A stretch of DNA of 63,912 nt, counting the filler, from Octopus bimaculoides (lineage: Eukaryota), in assembly GCF_001194135.2 (NCBI RefSeq). It is 7 parts of 7 records of this genome, joined end to end, with 100 filler letters (N's around TTAATTAATTAA, not from the genome) between each part and the next. Parts side by side here need not be neighbours in the genome. Positions count along the whole stretch, not along the records: positions 1 to 11,169 come from NC_068992.1; positions 11,270 to 29,163 come from NC_068999.1; 5 more parts are not named here. One strand, 5' to 3'. Each line of letters starts with the position of its first letter. Position 1 is the first letter of the stretch. Made by a program: the position numbers and the translations under genes. Positions 1 to 13,069 of the stretch are shown here, piece by piece. The notes beneath the pieces are model-generated. The model searched no databases. It was given only the letters and a program-made list of their open reading frames with translations, and was not told the DNA's origin.

Positions 1-247
1 TATATATATATATATATATGTATACATATATATGAATCTCTAAACCAAAATATAATTTTGTCATTTATTAGAGATTTCTTCTATTTTCTGTATTAGATCT
101 GCATGATTTGTTTCCTGCTATATTCTTCATAAGTTCCAAGACCATTTAGTGTTTTCATGGACAGGAAATTAGAGACGTGGCGATCTGTTACAACACTTCA
201 CTGCTTGTTACAATGACAACACGCGCTGAAAAACGTGTGTGGGTCTG

Positions 248-286
<39 letters not shown>

Positions 287-403
287 GTATGTATGTATAT
301 ATATATACATATGTGTTTGTGTGTGCGTGTGTGTTTCTGTATGTCAATAGACGTGTATATTGATATATCATATATTTATATGCACTTTTGCATACGGATG
401 CAA

Positions 404-442
<39 letters not shown>

Positions 443-466
443 NNNNNNNNNNGTGTGTGTGTGTGG

Positions 467-613
467 AACGTTCTTCTCTCAGTTTCCGCCTACCAATTCC
501 ACTCGCAAGGCTTTGGTCTGTGAGGCTTTAGTAGAAGGCAGTTAGCCAAGGGACTAGACCTACAATCATGTGGTTGGGAAACAAGCTTTTAACCACACTG
601 CCACTCCAGCGCC
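467..613 (-). mobile_element. SINE family B, degenerate 5' half
   Basis: Reverse complement matches the head and body of the intact B copies at 47988 and 54475 (ggcgcaggagtggctgtgtggtaag...gaccaaagccttgtgagtgg...). Confidence 0.8.
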
Positions 614-614
614 C

Positions 615-654
<40 letters not shown>

Positions 655-708
655 GTATAGTCTTTCTTTTCGCTCAATGTTTGTGCAAATAAATCTCTGA
701 AATTGCAG

Positions 709-848
709 ATGAATCCACATCGCGGCTGGAGTTGCAAATTAGGGTGATGCCGTTCAATTCGACACTTCACCATGAAGAGTACAGAAAAGAAATCGAAACA
801 CACTGGAAGGCGGCGATCCAGCATGGTCGTAGCCATTGGCTGCAACCA
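709..848 (+). CDS. Candidate isolated coding exon (unverified)
   Basis: ttgcAG|...CCA|GTaatc. One open frame reads (D)ESTSRLELQIRVMPFNSTLHHEEYRKEIETHWKAAIQHGRSHWLQP. Donor is weak; no homology recognised. Confidence 0.15.
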
Positions 849-912
849 GTAATCTAGAAATAGAACTTTAAAAAAATTATATATATATATGTGTGTGTTT
901 CTATACAAATAT

Positions 913-975
<63 letters not shown>

Positions 976-3900
976 NNNNNNNNNNNNNNNNNNNNNNNNN
1001 NNNNNNNNNNNNNNNNNNNNNNNNNNNNNNNNNNNNNNNNNNNNNNNNNNNNNNNNNNNNNNNNNNNNNNNNNNNNNNNNNNNNNNNNNNNNNNNNNNNN
1101 NNNNNNNNNNNNNNNNNNNNNNNNNNNNNNNNNNNNNNNNNNNNNNNNNNNNNNNNNNNNNNNNNNNNNNNNNNNNNNNNNNNNNNNNNNNNNNNNNNNN
1201 NNNNNNNNNNNNNNNNNNNNNNNNNNNNNNNNNNNNNNNNNNNNNNNNNNNNNNNNNNNNNNNNNNNNNNNNNNNNNNNNNNNNNNNNNNNNNNNNNNNN
1301 NNNNNNNNNNNNNNNNNNNNNNNNNNNNNNNNNNNNNNNNNNNNNNNNNNNNNNNNNNNNNNNNNNNNNNNNNNNNNNNNNNNNNNNNNNNNNNNNNNNN
1401 NNNNNNNNNNNNNNNNNNNNNNNNNNNNNNNNNNNNNNNNNNNNNNNNNNNNNNNNNNNNNNNNNNNNNNNNNNNNNNNNNNNNNNNNNNNNNNNNNNNN
1501 NNNNNNNNNNNNNNNNNNNNNNNNNNNNNNNNNNNNNNNNNNNNNNNNNNNNNNNNNNNNNNNNNNNNNNNNNNNNNNNNNNNNNNNNNNNNNNNNNNNN
1601 NNNNNNNNNNNNNNNNNNNNNNNNNNNNNNNNNNNNNNNNNNNNNNNNNNNNNNNNNNNNNNNNNNNNNNNNNNNNNNNNNNNNNNNNNNNNNNNNNNNN
1701 NNNNNNNNNNNNNNNNNNNNNNNNNNNNNNNNNATATAAGCGCATACATCCTTTCTTAATGCGACTTTTTTTTTTCCTTCTGCTAACTTGTAGTCTTCTA
1801 CCGAAGTCTATTGGAATTTCACCGTTTCACCGCAAACAAGCCTGCAGTGAAACTGTACAACGCCAACTTAATATTTTCCCCTGTATTTCTTCTCTGTCTT
1901 TAAATCTTTTTGACTCACAATGCATGATTCTCTGTTCCCCCTCCCTCTCTCTCTGTTTCATTTTACCACTCTATCTCTCTGCAACTCTCACTGATTCTCT
2001 CACTATGACATCTCTGGTTTTGTTTAGTTCTCAGTATTCTTAATTTCCTACTAGCCCATCAAACATTTACAGCACAACTGCAGCAGCGACTGATCAATAT
2101 TATATTATATACAGAACAGTAGTAATTGCTAGGTCGAAATTCGATTAGTTATCTACTTAATGTCGAATTTCTACTCCTCGCCCTTTTTTGTTCAGCATCA
2201 TTATATGCAAGTTAAACACGCCATTTACAAAATACTACAAAATAGCTATCTGTTTCAATCTTGTATTTATCATAATAATGCACCATATATAGTCACTGTT
2301 ATAACATGATCAGTTATAGCAGAACGCAGTTAACGTATGAGAAGACCTGCCACGGATATACATAGATACATACATATATACGTGTATGTGTATGTATATA
2401 TATATATATATATATANNNNNNNNNNNNNNNNNNNNNNNNNNNNNNNNNNNNNNNNNNNNNNNNNNNNNNNNNNNNNNNNNNNNNNNNNNNNNNNNNNNN
2501 NNNNNNNNNNNNNNNNNNNNNNNNNNNNNNNNNNNNNNNNNNNNNNNNNNNNNNNNNNNNNNNNNNNNNNNNNNNNNNNNNNNNNNNNNNNNNNNNNNNN
2601 NNNNNNNNNNNNNNNNNNNNNNNNNNNNNNNNNNNNNNNNNNNNNNNNNNNNNNNNNNNNNNNNNNNNNNNNNNNNNNNNNNNNNNNNNNNNNNNNNNNN
2701 NNNNNNNNNNNNNNNNNNNNNNNNNNNNNNNNNNNNNNNNNNNNNNNNNNNNNNNNNNNNNNNNNNNNNNNNNNNNNNNNNNNNNNNNNNNNNNNNNNNN
2801 NNNNNNNNNNNNNNNNNNNNNNNNNNNNNNNNNNNNNNNNNNNNNNNNNNNNNNNNNNNNNNNNNNNNNNNNNNNNNNNNNNNNNNNNNNNNNNNNNNNN
2901 NNNNNNNNNNNNNNNNNNNNNNNNNNNNNNNNNNNNNNNNNNNNNNNNNNNNNNNNNNNNNNNNNNNNNNNNNNNNNNNNNNNNNNNNNNNNNNNNNNNN
3001 NNNNNNNNNNNNNNNNNNNNNNNNNNNNNNNNNNNNNNNNNNNNNNNNNNNNTAACAGAGATGCCGATAGAATAGATAACATTGCTTAATTTGGTATGAC
3101 AATACGATCCTTAATAGATATATATCTTATGAAGATCTGTAACTGTATTTCCTATATTGAGTACCAGAAAGATAAACAACATATTCTCAAAATTCATTTC
3201 ATGCCAATACTATTTCTCTATTATACGTGCATGTATATATATATATATATATATTCCATGATATAATGCACAAAAAACATGTACAAACATAAAATAGATT
3301 ATACTCCACATAGGATATGTACATAGCTGATAAGTAACCTTATTTATTACCACAAAATCTTGCGGTATGTTTCCTCATCTCTTTTCACTTATGGACCGCA
3401 AAGAAAGATTTAGAAAATGGAACACTGTAGGGGAGAAAGGAAACAGAGTATCGATTAGAAACATCCATTGCAATGTAAATATAACGATATGTGTCTTATC
3501 TATGTGTATATTACTGTTTTTTTTTGTTTTGTTTTTTGCAGCAACTTTATGTATTTGTTTATTGAGAATTCGTTGAGCATGGCATAAAACTTCTCTATCG
3601 TGAATAAACATAATTTCTTTCTGGCAAATTGAGAAGCCATAACCCGTGTTGATTAGATATTGATAGGTGAGTTTTCAATATGCTGTTGATGTATGAAGAG
3701 CAATTTCATATTTCACTATAGGGATTTCCAGTTATAAGTTTTGACATTTGGTACGAGGTCACATGAATCAATGCTGAAGATTTAGCCAGAAAATGTTGCG
3801 GGTGTTATTGTTCTTATTAGTCTCAGGCAGCCATTAATGCTCACTGAGTTGACTTACCGTAGTCATTTAAACCAGCAAAGGGGTATTGCTTAGATATTTT

Positions 3901-4079
3901 CATATTGGCCATAATGATCTTAACGCTGTGAGGTCGATTCTCGCACCGTGCAGCATAATGTGCCCTCGAGAAAATTACTTCATGTCATGATACATCAGCG
4001 CTCAGCTACAAAATATCACTCGGTTGCTATTACACTGTTAGGGATGTATAAGACTAAGAACTTCACTGATGTCGGTACG

Positions 4080-4400
4080 TAAGCAGGAGGAATATATAGG
4101 AGGGTTGGGTGCCGGACCAGCAACCTGGCCCAGTAAAAATCAGAAATTGCTGAAGAAGCGACAGGAGAAATTCACGAGAATATTCTACATGAAAGGAGAG
4201 CCGGTGGAGGAAAGCCATTCATGACAGACCCTGTCATAATTAGCGCATCGGAGTTCCTGTATCTCAGTGTTGAGGCTATAATAAAGATCTGAACTTCGTG
4301 CCGCAGCATGCGCTGATCTAAAGCCAAAGCTAAATAGATTAAACCATGAAAATCATAGACTGTTACCCTTGAGAGAGATTCACTTACTACTTTCAAAATG
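4080..4400 (+). mobile_element. Possible 5' region of an RTE-clade LINE (very degenerate)
   Basis: gggttgggtgccggaccagcaacctggcccagtaaaaat (4102-4140) resembles the motif preceding the endonuclease in RTE elements as I recall it. No clear protein motif follows. Confidence 0.25.
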
Positions 4401-5059
4401 TTAAATGATTGTGTAAAAGCGCTCTTCATAACTTGATACGTAAGATGTATAATAGAATGGATAGTGGCAAAACTGCGTTGTAATTCTTGAGAATGATTCT
4501 TAAGTCTACCCACACGATTGACACCAGCTTTGGAAAGTGAAGAAATTCACTTTCTAACTATTGTACATATGGAAGATAATGTACAAATGTTTCATTTCTT
4601 TACTCCGCTCTGTAGACATTCTTCGAGAATTTGAGAGCAGGCAATTAAAATCTCATCAATGCATCTTTACTTAGTACCTAATAGGTTGTTGTACATTACT
4701 GTGGTGCATAAATATAATTAACTTTATTTATTACAATAGCTTAACAAGAACCGTTACCTTGTTGTAATATACTATTATGATGTGTGTGCATTGATTTTAT
4801 GAAGTTTGTGTTTTCTATCAACTGTACGTTGAACCAAAGAGGAATCTCAACAAGAAGAACGGTAGTATATGGCAAATTACTTAAGCATGCATATAATTAT
4901 TATTTTAGCTCAATTTTACACGTAACTAGAAGAAATAAATTACTCTTCTTGTACCTTTTTAATTAGGAACAACTACTAAATTTTTTCCGGTGGTAACAGA
5001 AACTATTAATGCATTTAATGTTTACCTGTGCATAAGAGAGACGAACTGATTTCAGCGGA

Positions 5060-5340
5060 TACTGAGCCGTTTATGGTCTAACTTTCAGTACACTAATGCC
5101 TTAAGCGTGATCGATGACCCAGCAGATTCAAAGCCGTGCAACTTTCGGTACGGTGTCTCCGTTTGCTGAATAATCTGCATGAAAATATGATTAGATTGGA
5201 CATGGTTTGTTCCAGTTTGGTGCAACAAGTGCCATGCGTCCAGTGAGTATCAGAACATAGGATTTCTTTGAAGTTATACAAGGGTAGTTAAAGTGTTGAA
5301 CTGGCCATATCTACCCTGAATACAGTGGGCGGTTGTTGAA
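5060..5340 (-). mobile_element. RTE-type LINE reverse-transcriptase C-terminal relic
   Basis: Frameshifted minus-strand peptides TEV, VQHFNY, RLFSKR and CTES*TI occur in the order of RTE KTEV..V..F.YLG..R(L/V)F..YG.ESWT. Confidence 0.4.
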
Positions 5341-5859
5341 TGAACTTCTGTGACATGCTAATTAACCTGTATCAGAGACCTTCACAGGAACTACGGATGA
5401 GACAGAGACGCCATAACCTGTGAAGGGAAGCGCATATTCATGAATCTACACATAGTTTTAAATCGACACATTGAAGATAATTTGTTAACGTTGATATCAT
5501 GTCTCATAAGTTTATGAATGAAAACAAATAACAATCGTAATATAAGGTTTGATGCGAATGAATGACTCAATCTTATCTTCTGTTACTGAAATCTTAGAAA
5601 CTTTTTGGTACATGTTGCATTTACTATACTAAATAGTAACTGTAAATATTTAAAGACTTTCAATAATGACGTGGCAAAGGGGTGATTCCACACGCCCGGC
5701 AAAGACGTGGTTCTGGCAAATACTAGCAAAGACGTGGTTCTACGCTCGTCAAAACCATGGATCTCCTGGATTACGTTTAAAGTCCTACCGAGAATAGTAT
5801 TGTCAATATGAGGATCGAGCTGGCAAAATCGTTAGGACTGAGAAATAGACAGACAGGCT

Positions 5860-5901
<42 letters not shown>

Positions 5902-5979
5902 GGGAGACAGAAACAGAAGTCAGATGTAAAATAAAACGGCTGTAGAATCTTGGTAACGAAACCTTCCTTGTGAAATAAT

Positions 5980-6196
5980 CCTTTCTACTAAAGAGGCACA
6001 AGGCCTAAAATGCTGTGGAAGGGGACTAGACAAGAACATCGACCCAGTGTTTCACTGGTACTTACTTAATCGACCACGAAAGGATAAAATGAATAGTCGA
6101 CCTCGTCGGATTTGAACTCAGGACGTCAAGGCTGACGAAATGCCGCTAAGCATTTCTCCCGGCGTGCTACCGATTCTGCCAGCTCACTGCCTTTCA
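5980..6196 (-). mobile_element. SINE family A (tail type A1), full length with TSD
   Basis: Matches A copies elsewhere. Flanked by the exact 13-bp direct repeat cttgtgaaataat (5967-5979 and 6197-6209). Confidence 0.92.
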
Positions 6197-8039
6197 CTTG
6201 TGAAATAATGATATGATGCTGTGTGTGTATGTTGCAGTCTAGGCTGATATTAGTCATTATTGAACTTATGCATTATTGAAAGAAATGGTAATCTCCCCTT
6301 GTTTGTCAGGTAAACGGTATCTAAGATTATAACGTACGATGTAGTGTATCTATGTTCTTTTGGTTAATTGAATAAGGTTTTGATTTGAAGAGTTGGCCTC
6401 TATTTCCAGAAGATCAAGTAACTACGTGTCGTCAGTGTGCCGTATGTTATGGCCCCCTCGAAAAAAAGTGAGCAGCAAACAAATGTAGGACGTATTTCGC
6501 ATTTCTTCCCAGAAGTTGTTCACGTTTGACGAACGATGAACAATATTGGTTTTTCCAATAAATGTTTACTTGGGTCTCATTGCTTTATGCTGTTTTACTG
6601 TTTTTGTTTATTTTATTTTTTCAAATCGATATTATAGCTATTTCAATCACCTTTCTACGAGATTTCAACAGATTTTATAAAACATGTCATGAAAATTTTA
6701 ATTATTTTGATATTTCATTTATATTTCTGTTTTATTCCTCAATAAACCCTCTGACAGAAAATTTATTTCTGCACTACCTTAATTGCATTTGAAATATTCT
6801 TCTCTCACAAATTATTGTTCCTTTTTTTATTATAGTAACCGGATTTTTATATTTCTATTTCAGTATTTCATTCATTTCTTTTGTTTCTTTATTTTATTTC
6901 ATTCTTCTATTTCTTTCTTTGTTCCTCATCTATTCGAAGAACATAATAGAAAGATTATTTCTGTAATGTTACAATGATTATCTTAAGGGATATCTCCTGT
7001 CTGAAAACAGCTAGTCCCTTTAGAAATTAATTAAAAAAATATAAGGTATAGTCATATCGAGATTATTTTTATCACAAAAATACATTTTCACACAATACGT
7101 GCAAGTGATTTGATTATATCTAACAGTTCATTAGATTTCAGAACCGATTTCCATCCACTAACGTCTGTAAACTATCAGAATCGATCCGATGGTATTATTT
7201 TTCCATGTGAAATACATAATTTGATTACAGAATTCATATGAATTTTCTCCGATAAGTAAGGTGATGAATAAAGAACTGTTATACATCCATATTGCATTAT
7301 TAACAAGAAAGCAGCCACATGTATTAAATGGGATAAAGCAGAACGGTTATAGTGGCTAAAATAAGAATACATAGCAACATATAGGTGTTATAAAAATGGT
7401 AAAAATTGGAAGAGAAATAGAAACCCGTGTCCACTGAAGGAATTATACTCATCGAAATAAGAGTAGACATGTTGGATTTAACATTATTAGTAAATATCTC
7501 TGCTACTCCAGTTTTAAATGCGCCATACTCAAACTATTGTAAGAGTAGATGGAACAGCACACTTGGTTTTTATCCCATTGTATTAACAGCATTAAATTTC
7601 ATTTGATTTTATTGTTGAAACTGTCACTGTTTTTGATATAGTTATTGTACCGTATACGCGAGTGTTTAGATTAAATTCAGTTCTAGATGGCCCCGCGGAA
7701 ATACTACGGTTGACCAAAACTAACACATACACACAATGATTTTTTTAACTCTTTCTCCCTTCTGTTGTAAATAGAAATTTGTTTTTATTTCGTTCATATA
7801 TTTGCCCCTTTGTTCATTCTATTAATTCATCCATCAACCCCTGTCATACCCGTTCCCTAAACTTGCTCGCCCTTTATTTTGTTAGCTCACGTCAATTATC
7901 CTTGCCCATATATTACAACAACAAAGAAATGTAGGAACTGCTATGCTTCCTCGAATTGAAAATGACAGTTACTTGCAATGAGATGCGTGCGTTAGATTAT
8001 TGACGATTTAACAAAATCCAGCTTCAGTTTCATAAGAAA

Positions 8040-8312
8040 ACAGGGAATTCGACTCAAGGACATAAAGTTGTGAGAGCGATTGCACTTTGCCCTTGAGCAG
8101 GACACATTAGTTCACGTTGCTGCAGCCAATATTGTGTAGTATTTGTATTTCAAAAGGCCAGCCTTACCACGTACTGTGTAACTCTGAATCTCTCTTAGAA
8201 CTTGGTTCAGGTTACGCGTGGATTACTCAACCACCTGCTCACTAATTTTACGAACATTCTGTTTCGTTGAACAGATCAACTGGAACGCTCGTCAAAATCG
8301 ACGGCGTACCAA
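8040..8312 (+). mobile_element. SINE family D, degenerate
   Basis: 3' part (caaaaggccagcc...cagatcaactggaacgctcgtc...gacggcgtacc) aligns with the copies at 55274 and 59793. Confidence 0.7.
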
Positions 8313-9174
8313 TTTTTGTATTTAAGAAAACAACTACATTTTCTCTATCAAGTCATTATCTCTCCTGTAACCACATCATCAACTGGTATCAACAACCAGT
8401 ATTACTAACACACTACTTTAACAACAATCTATGCGCAAGTCAAAGAATGACGTTTGTGTATGCACATATCTGTATCTGCGCGTATTAATGTGCCATGTCT
8501 GTTTAGCGTGGCTTATTTCTCCTCGCCCTGAACACTAACTCCTCTCCCTGATAGATATTTCGTTACATTCGTTCGTTTTGTCCCTTCAATCCCTTGCACT
8601 CAGTAGAACATTTCTTCTCGTTTTAATCACCAGCTCGTATTGCACAGCAATCACTACTCGTTCTCTCTCTTTCTCTCTCTCTCCCTCTCTCTTTCTTTCT
8701 TTCTTTTTCTCCCTCTCTCGTTGATACTTCCTAAGAATCTGACAGATTTACGGAGATAAAAGCTTGTAAAAGTAACAGATTTCAAAGTGTGTGTTTTTAA
8801 TGAAAATTGAAATGTCATGAGATGTGATTATAATAAAAAAAATATTCTCTCAATCCCAAAACGCAGTAAATATCATCACTTCATTTCTTCTTGTATTCAG
8901 TTTTTGTCGACGCAGATTATATGAAACCACCACTCCTCGAGATAAAGAATTTATTTTTTGTTCATTTTAACCAAATAAACTAACATTTAAAATAATATGA
9001 ATAATTAAGAAGTAATCCAAGAATTTGGAAAATAAATACTTTCAACTACAGACAGTTGTTTACTGGTCCAACGAATAAATAACACGATTGATAACGAAAA
9101 TAATGAGGAAATACATTATAAGTAACCAGTAAACCAATAAAAAATATATGAATCTATATTCTATTACTCAAGGA

Positions 9175-10080
9175 ACTGCAGCAGCTCCAGTAAGCTTTTT
9201 ATTGGGGACATGGATGTGTCGATTATCAGATTTCTGATAGCGCAGCATATGGTTATTGACTGTTTTTATGTAATGCATTACATTAACGTGACAAAATATG
9301 TTCACATCTATAGTAGCACGAAACCTATATTTAGAATTATTTGTTTGATTCATTGTTCATGCTGACTAAAGTTAATTTGATAGCTTATTTGGAAAACAAT
9401 TATTTAGTGAAGATTATTGTTTCTCCACTCGTTTGTAGGAAGTTAAGGAAGAATGAAAGGTATTATCAACCTCGTAAGAGCACGCTTTGTTGAACGTAGT
9501 TGCAGGTAAACCTTTGATTTATAGGAAGAAGTGTGTGGGACACCGACCCAACTAAACCCAGGACACACCAAATTTCACAGTCCGAGATAATATGATCATA
9601 TATAGGAATCTGCTGATCCAAGAGACGAGGAACCTGTGGAATTGGAACGTGGGCACTAAAGCAGTTGCACCCAGTTTGCATCTTCGATATTGTTCTGTAC
9701 ATAATTACAATTGAAATGGGACTAGATGCGCTTATAAGAGGATCGCATGCACATTTAATTTCGCTGTCTTAGCGTCCGTAGTGTGTAGAACTAAATATTT
9801 ATTTCACATGTACGTATGCCAAAAGGTGATATATCCTGAAATAACCTTCCAAAAGCAGAAGAACTACATCGTAGCAAATGTGATTGGATCCACTCTTTTG
9901 ACTTCGTCTGCAATATCTTCTGATAGGTAACTGTTATTGCCTTAATAAAGCACGTTCAACCAGAGTTCCATGTTTTAGGAGCTCTGATTGGATGTTATTG
10001 GCTGTTCCTATCTTTGAGCATGCGTACTACTTTTTCGATTTCCTTCAGGAGAATTCAGGTAACCCCGTGATCTCTATTGT
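9175..10080 (-). mobile_element. RTE-clade LINE reverse-transcriptase relic (~0.9 kb, frameshifted)
   Basis: Collinear minus-strand peptides: KEIEK/VVRMLKD, ANNIQSELLKHG (cf. D.I..ELLK.G), KEWIQS, IWCVLGLV/GVPH (cf. LW.VL...G.P.H), LRY..DTSM..SLLELLQFLE (YADD region). Confidence 0.65.
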
Positions 10081-10259
10081 TGTTGTTGCTGGAATTACCT
10101 CGGATTATACTGTCTTCTTTGAGTTTATGATTGTAAGGGCTCTTTGTAGAACATGTACCAATATTTGATGAAAAAAAAACGATATTTGTTAAATTTAACT
10201 CTCTTAGTTCGTACAACAAACAACAGACTAGTACATAGATACATATAGACAAGCACATA

Positions 10260-10478
10260 CGATGGGGAGCTAAAAAGTCTCTGGCTTTGGCTAAAAGAAA
10301 ATACAAGAGGATCAGTTAATTATGATTTTATTGAAGACATTCCCTTCTGAGATTCACACCCGTATTGTCAGAATCCTTCAGTTTTTAAAAGCCCTGTATA
10401 AAAGAACTCGGAAATTTGGGCCTGCAACCAGGCCTTTCGCAATACGCTTATAGCCAGAACCTTTTCAGCACACCGTCA
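10260..10478 (-). mobile_element. Mariner-derived MITE, copy 1
   Basis: 27-bp imperfect TIRs (20/27 match) flanked by TA at 10258-59 and 10479-80. Interior reads EFFYTGLLKLKD...VNLRRECLQ* on minus, like a mariner transposase C-terminus. Confidence 0.85.
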
Positions 10479-10514
10479 TATAAATGGATATATATATATA
10501 CATACACACACACA

Positions 10515-10700
10515 TGAGGGAATGCTGAGAAGATCAGTTGATCATAATTCTGTTCAAAATATTCCCCTTTCATATTTACACACTTATTGAAGCGGTCCTT
10601 CAGTTATTCTAAGCCCTGTAAAAGATTTCGGAAGTGTATCACGAAGGGCCTGGCCTTTCGTGATACCCTTTATAGCCAGGAACATTTCGGTATCTCCTCA
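10515..10700 (-). mobile_element. Mariner-derived MITE, copy 2 (internal deletion)
   Basis: Same family as copy 1. Minus strand reads LQGLE*LKDRFNKCVNMKGEYFE, matching mariner C-terminal G..KL..RW.KC....G.Y.E. TA follows the right end. Confidence 0.85.
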
Positions 10701-10751
10701 TATATTTGATTTGTATGGGAGAATGCGTTTTACTTTTATTCCTTTATTGTT

Positions 10752-10925
10752 TTATTTGTTTCTGTCATTTGACTGCGGACATGCTGGAGCAGCGGCTTTA
10801 AGTGCTCTAGTCGAAGAAATAGGAGCAGGACTTATTGTTTGTAAGCTTAGTACTTATTCTATCCGTTTCTTTTGTCGAAGCAGTAAGTTCTGAGGACGTT
10901 AACACACCAATGTCGGTTGTCAACG
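10752..10925 (-). mobile_element. SINE family B, 3' half
   Basis: Reverse complement aligns with 54700-54870. Confidence 0.8.
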
Positions 10926-11029
10926 TCGGTTATATATATATATATATATAATAATAATACAAAGAATATATATACATGTATACACACATATATGTACATA
11001 CTTACATCTACATGTGTATATACATGCAT

Positions 11030-11152
11030 ATCAGGGTACAGGACGTTAGAACAATAAACTACAGACAACGGAACGAACACATAGGAAAACGGAAAGCCCC
11101 TTGGAATATCCCTTCATCAGCTGTCTCTATTCTATCTAGACGTTTCGAAGAC
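11030..11152 (-). mobile_element. Possible Penelope-like repeat fragment
   Basis: Minus strand carries cgaaacgtc and ctgatgaag, short motifs typical of Penelope-like termini. Incomplete. Confidence 0.3.
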
Positions 11153-11169
11153 CTATATATATATATATA

Positions 11170-11269
11170 NNNNNNNNNNNNNNNNNNNNNNNNNNNNNNN
11201 NNNNNNNNNNNNNTTAATTAATTAANNNNNNNNNNNNNNNNNNNNNNNNNNNNNNNNNNNNNNNNNNNN
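11170..11269. other. Artificial 100-bp scaffold-join spacer (first of six)
   Basis: 44 N + TTAATTAATTAA + 44 N. The 12-mer lies at 11214, 29208, 40512, 57315, 59685 and 62778. It is palindromic with stops in all six frames. Confidence 0.95.
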
Positions 11270-11307
<38 letters not shown>

Positions 11308-11657
11308 GTGTGTGTATAAATATACACCTATATATATATAAATCTATGAGTATATGTATATGTATACAGATATATAAAAATGTATACACAATTTAGTCTA
11401 AATGTATGTGTGTGTAGATGTATCATATTTGCATAAGTACATATGTGTATATGTATTATACGTACGTCTGGATATATATATGTATGTATATGTATTATAT
11501 ACATATAATAGTATGTTCATATATACATACGCACATTTGTAGGCATAAACACACACCTGGTCATTCTCGTTGTTATTCGTACACACGAACATAGACACAT
11601 TTCTCAATATAGTTAAGCGTGTGTGCATATTGGTCTCCTTCCCCCTTTCATCCGTGT

Positions 11658-11692
<35 letters not shown>

Positions 11693-11753
11693 GTATAATT
11701 TTGTATATGCGAACTTGTACATTATATATACATATGTATGCACACACATAAAT

Positions 11754-11790
<37 letters not shown>

Positions 11791-11980
11791 CATATATATA
11801 TACATACACAAACACATATGCACACAAACACATAAATATATATATACATATATATATATATATGCACACAAATGTAATTANNNNNNNNNNNNNNNNNNNN
11901 NNNNNNNNNNNNNNNNNNNNNNNNNNNNNNNNNNNNNNNNNNNNNNNNNNNNNNNNNNNNNNNNNNNNNNNNNNNNNNNN

Positions 11981-12024
<44 letters not shown>

Positions 12025-12195
12025 GCATGCATATATACGTGTGTGTGCGTGCGATAGTACATAGTTACATATATATGTATATATATTCGTGCGCGTATAC
12101 TAATTTGTATACGCGCATGAATGCCTAAATAATGAGAGTTCAGTATGTTAGTCCGTATACAAAAGCTGTCATCGTTGAAAAAGAGGACATCTTGA

Positions 12196-12240
12196 TAATG
12201 GCCGCCATCTTATTGTTGAGGAGCTAAGCATTGATTGGTG
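12196..12240. promoter_or_regulatory. YY1-type motif with nearby CCAAT box (motif only)
   Basis: GCCGCCATCTT matches the YY1 consensus CGCCATnTT; GATTGG lies about 25 bp downstream. No transcript evidence. Confidence 0.2.
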
Positions 12241-13069
12241 GAGCAAGAATACTAGTCCGTGTTTACGCACGGATGAGACACCGTTCACAGATATTTCAGG
12301 TGGTAGATACAAAGACACTAAATAATATGCCTTGCTTGTCAGCGATGCTAAAGCTGTTAGTGTAGATATTTTTCTTACAGAAATTTCTCCCGCTCTCTGT
12401 CTTATCTATTTATCTCACTGTCAATCTCTCTTTCTCTCTCTCTATCTATCTATCTCTACTTCTCAGTATCTTGTTTTTCACTCTATAATTATCTGCGCTT
12501 TACTTATCTGTGTGTGAGTGTATGTGAAACAAACTCGAATTACGATCTGATGCTATATGTATGCATATATGTGTGTACATGTGTGTGCGTGTGGTATACA
12601 TACGAGGACATGGAATATGAACTTTTTTTGCTAACAACGAAAGAAACAATTGCAAAACAAGACAAACAACACAAAGAGCGACCCTTCATCAGTTATCGGC
12701 TGTTTTCCTAATCTGCATTTCGATCAATTCACGACAAGATACGCTTTCTATAAAACATTTGGTCCCGCAAAGCAAATTAAAAAAAATTTGGGATTTTGCA
12801 GAGGGGCAAAATTGGTGACAAAAACAGGTCAGTGAAAACAAACAGGAAGAGCTACTCTAAACTCTCACTCCTATACATAACACTCTATCAGGTCTGAACT
12901 CGGACTCGGGATATAAAGTAGTAACAACAACCACATGTAAATGAAATGACTATGTTTCCGCTAATGAAATGATCTATACTCGATTTGATTGAGTACTGAG
13001 ACGTACGTCATATCAGAAACAACATTAATTTATTTTCTGGGGTTTTTTTGTTATTTCAACTATATTTGA

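Noticed and set aside
5667-5741. Three GACGTGG motifs (UPRE/G-box-like) with a duplicated 16-mer
   Set aside because: Explained by a short local 27-bp-period duplication; no promoter context.
7150-7620. Possible CR1/L2-type LINE relic on minus
   Set aside because: Only vague peptide resemblance (MKFN, TGVAEIFTNN); insufficient to call.
11100-11150. Additional hammerhead ribozyme
   Set aside because: CUGAUGA and GAAACGUC are present on minus, but stems I and II cannot be paired in any topology.
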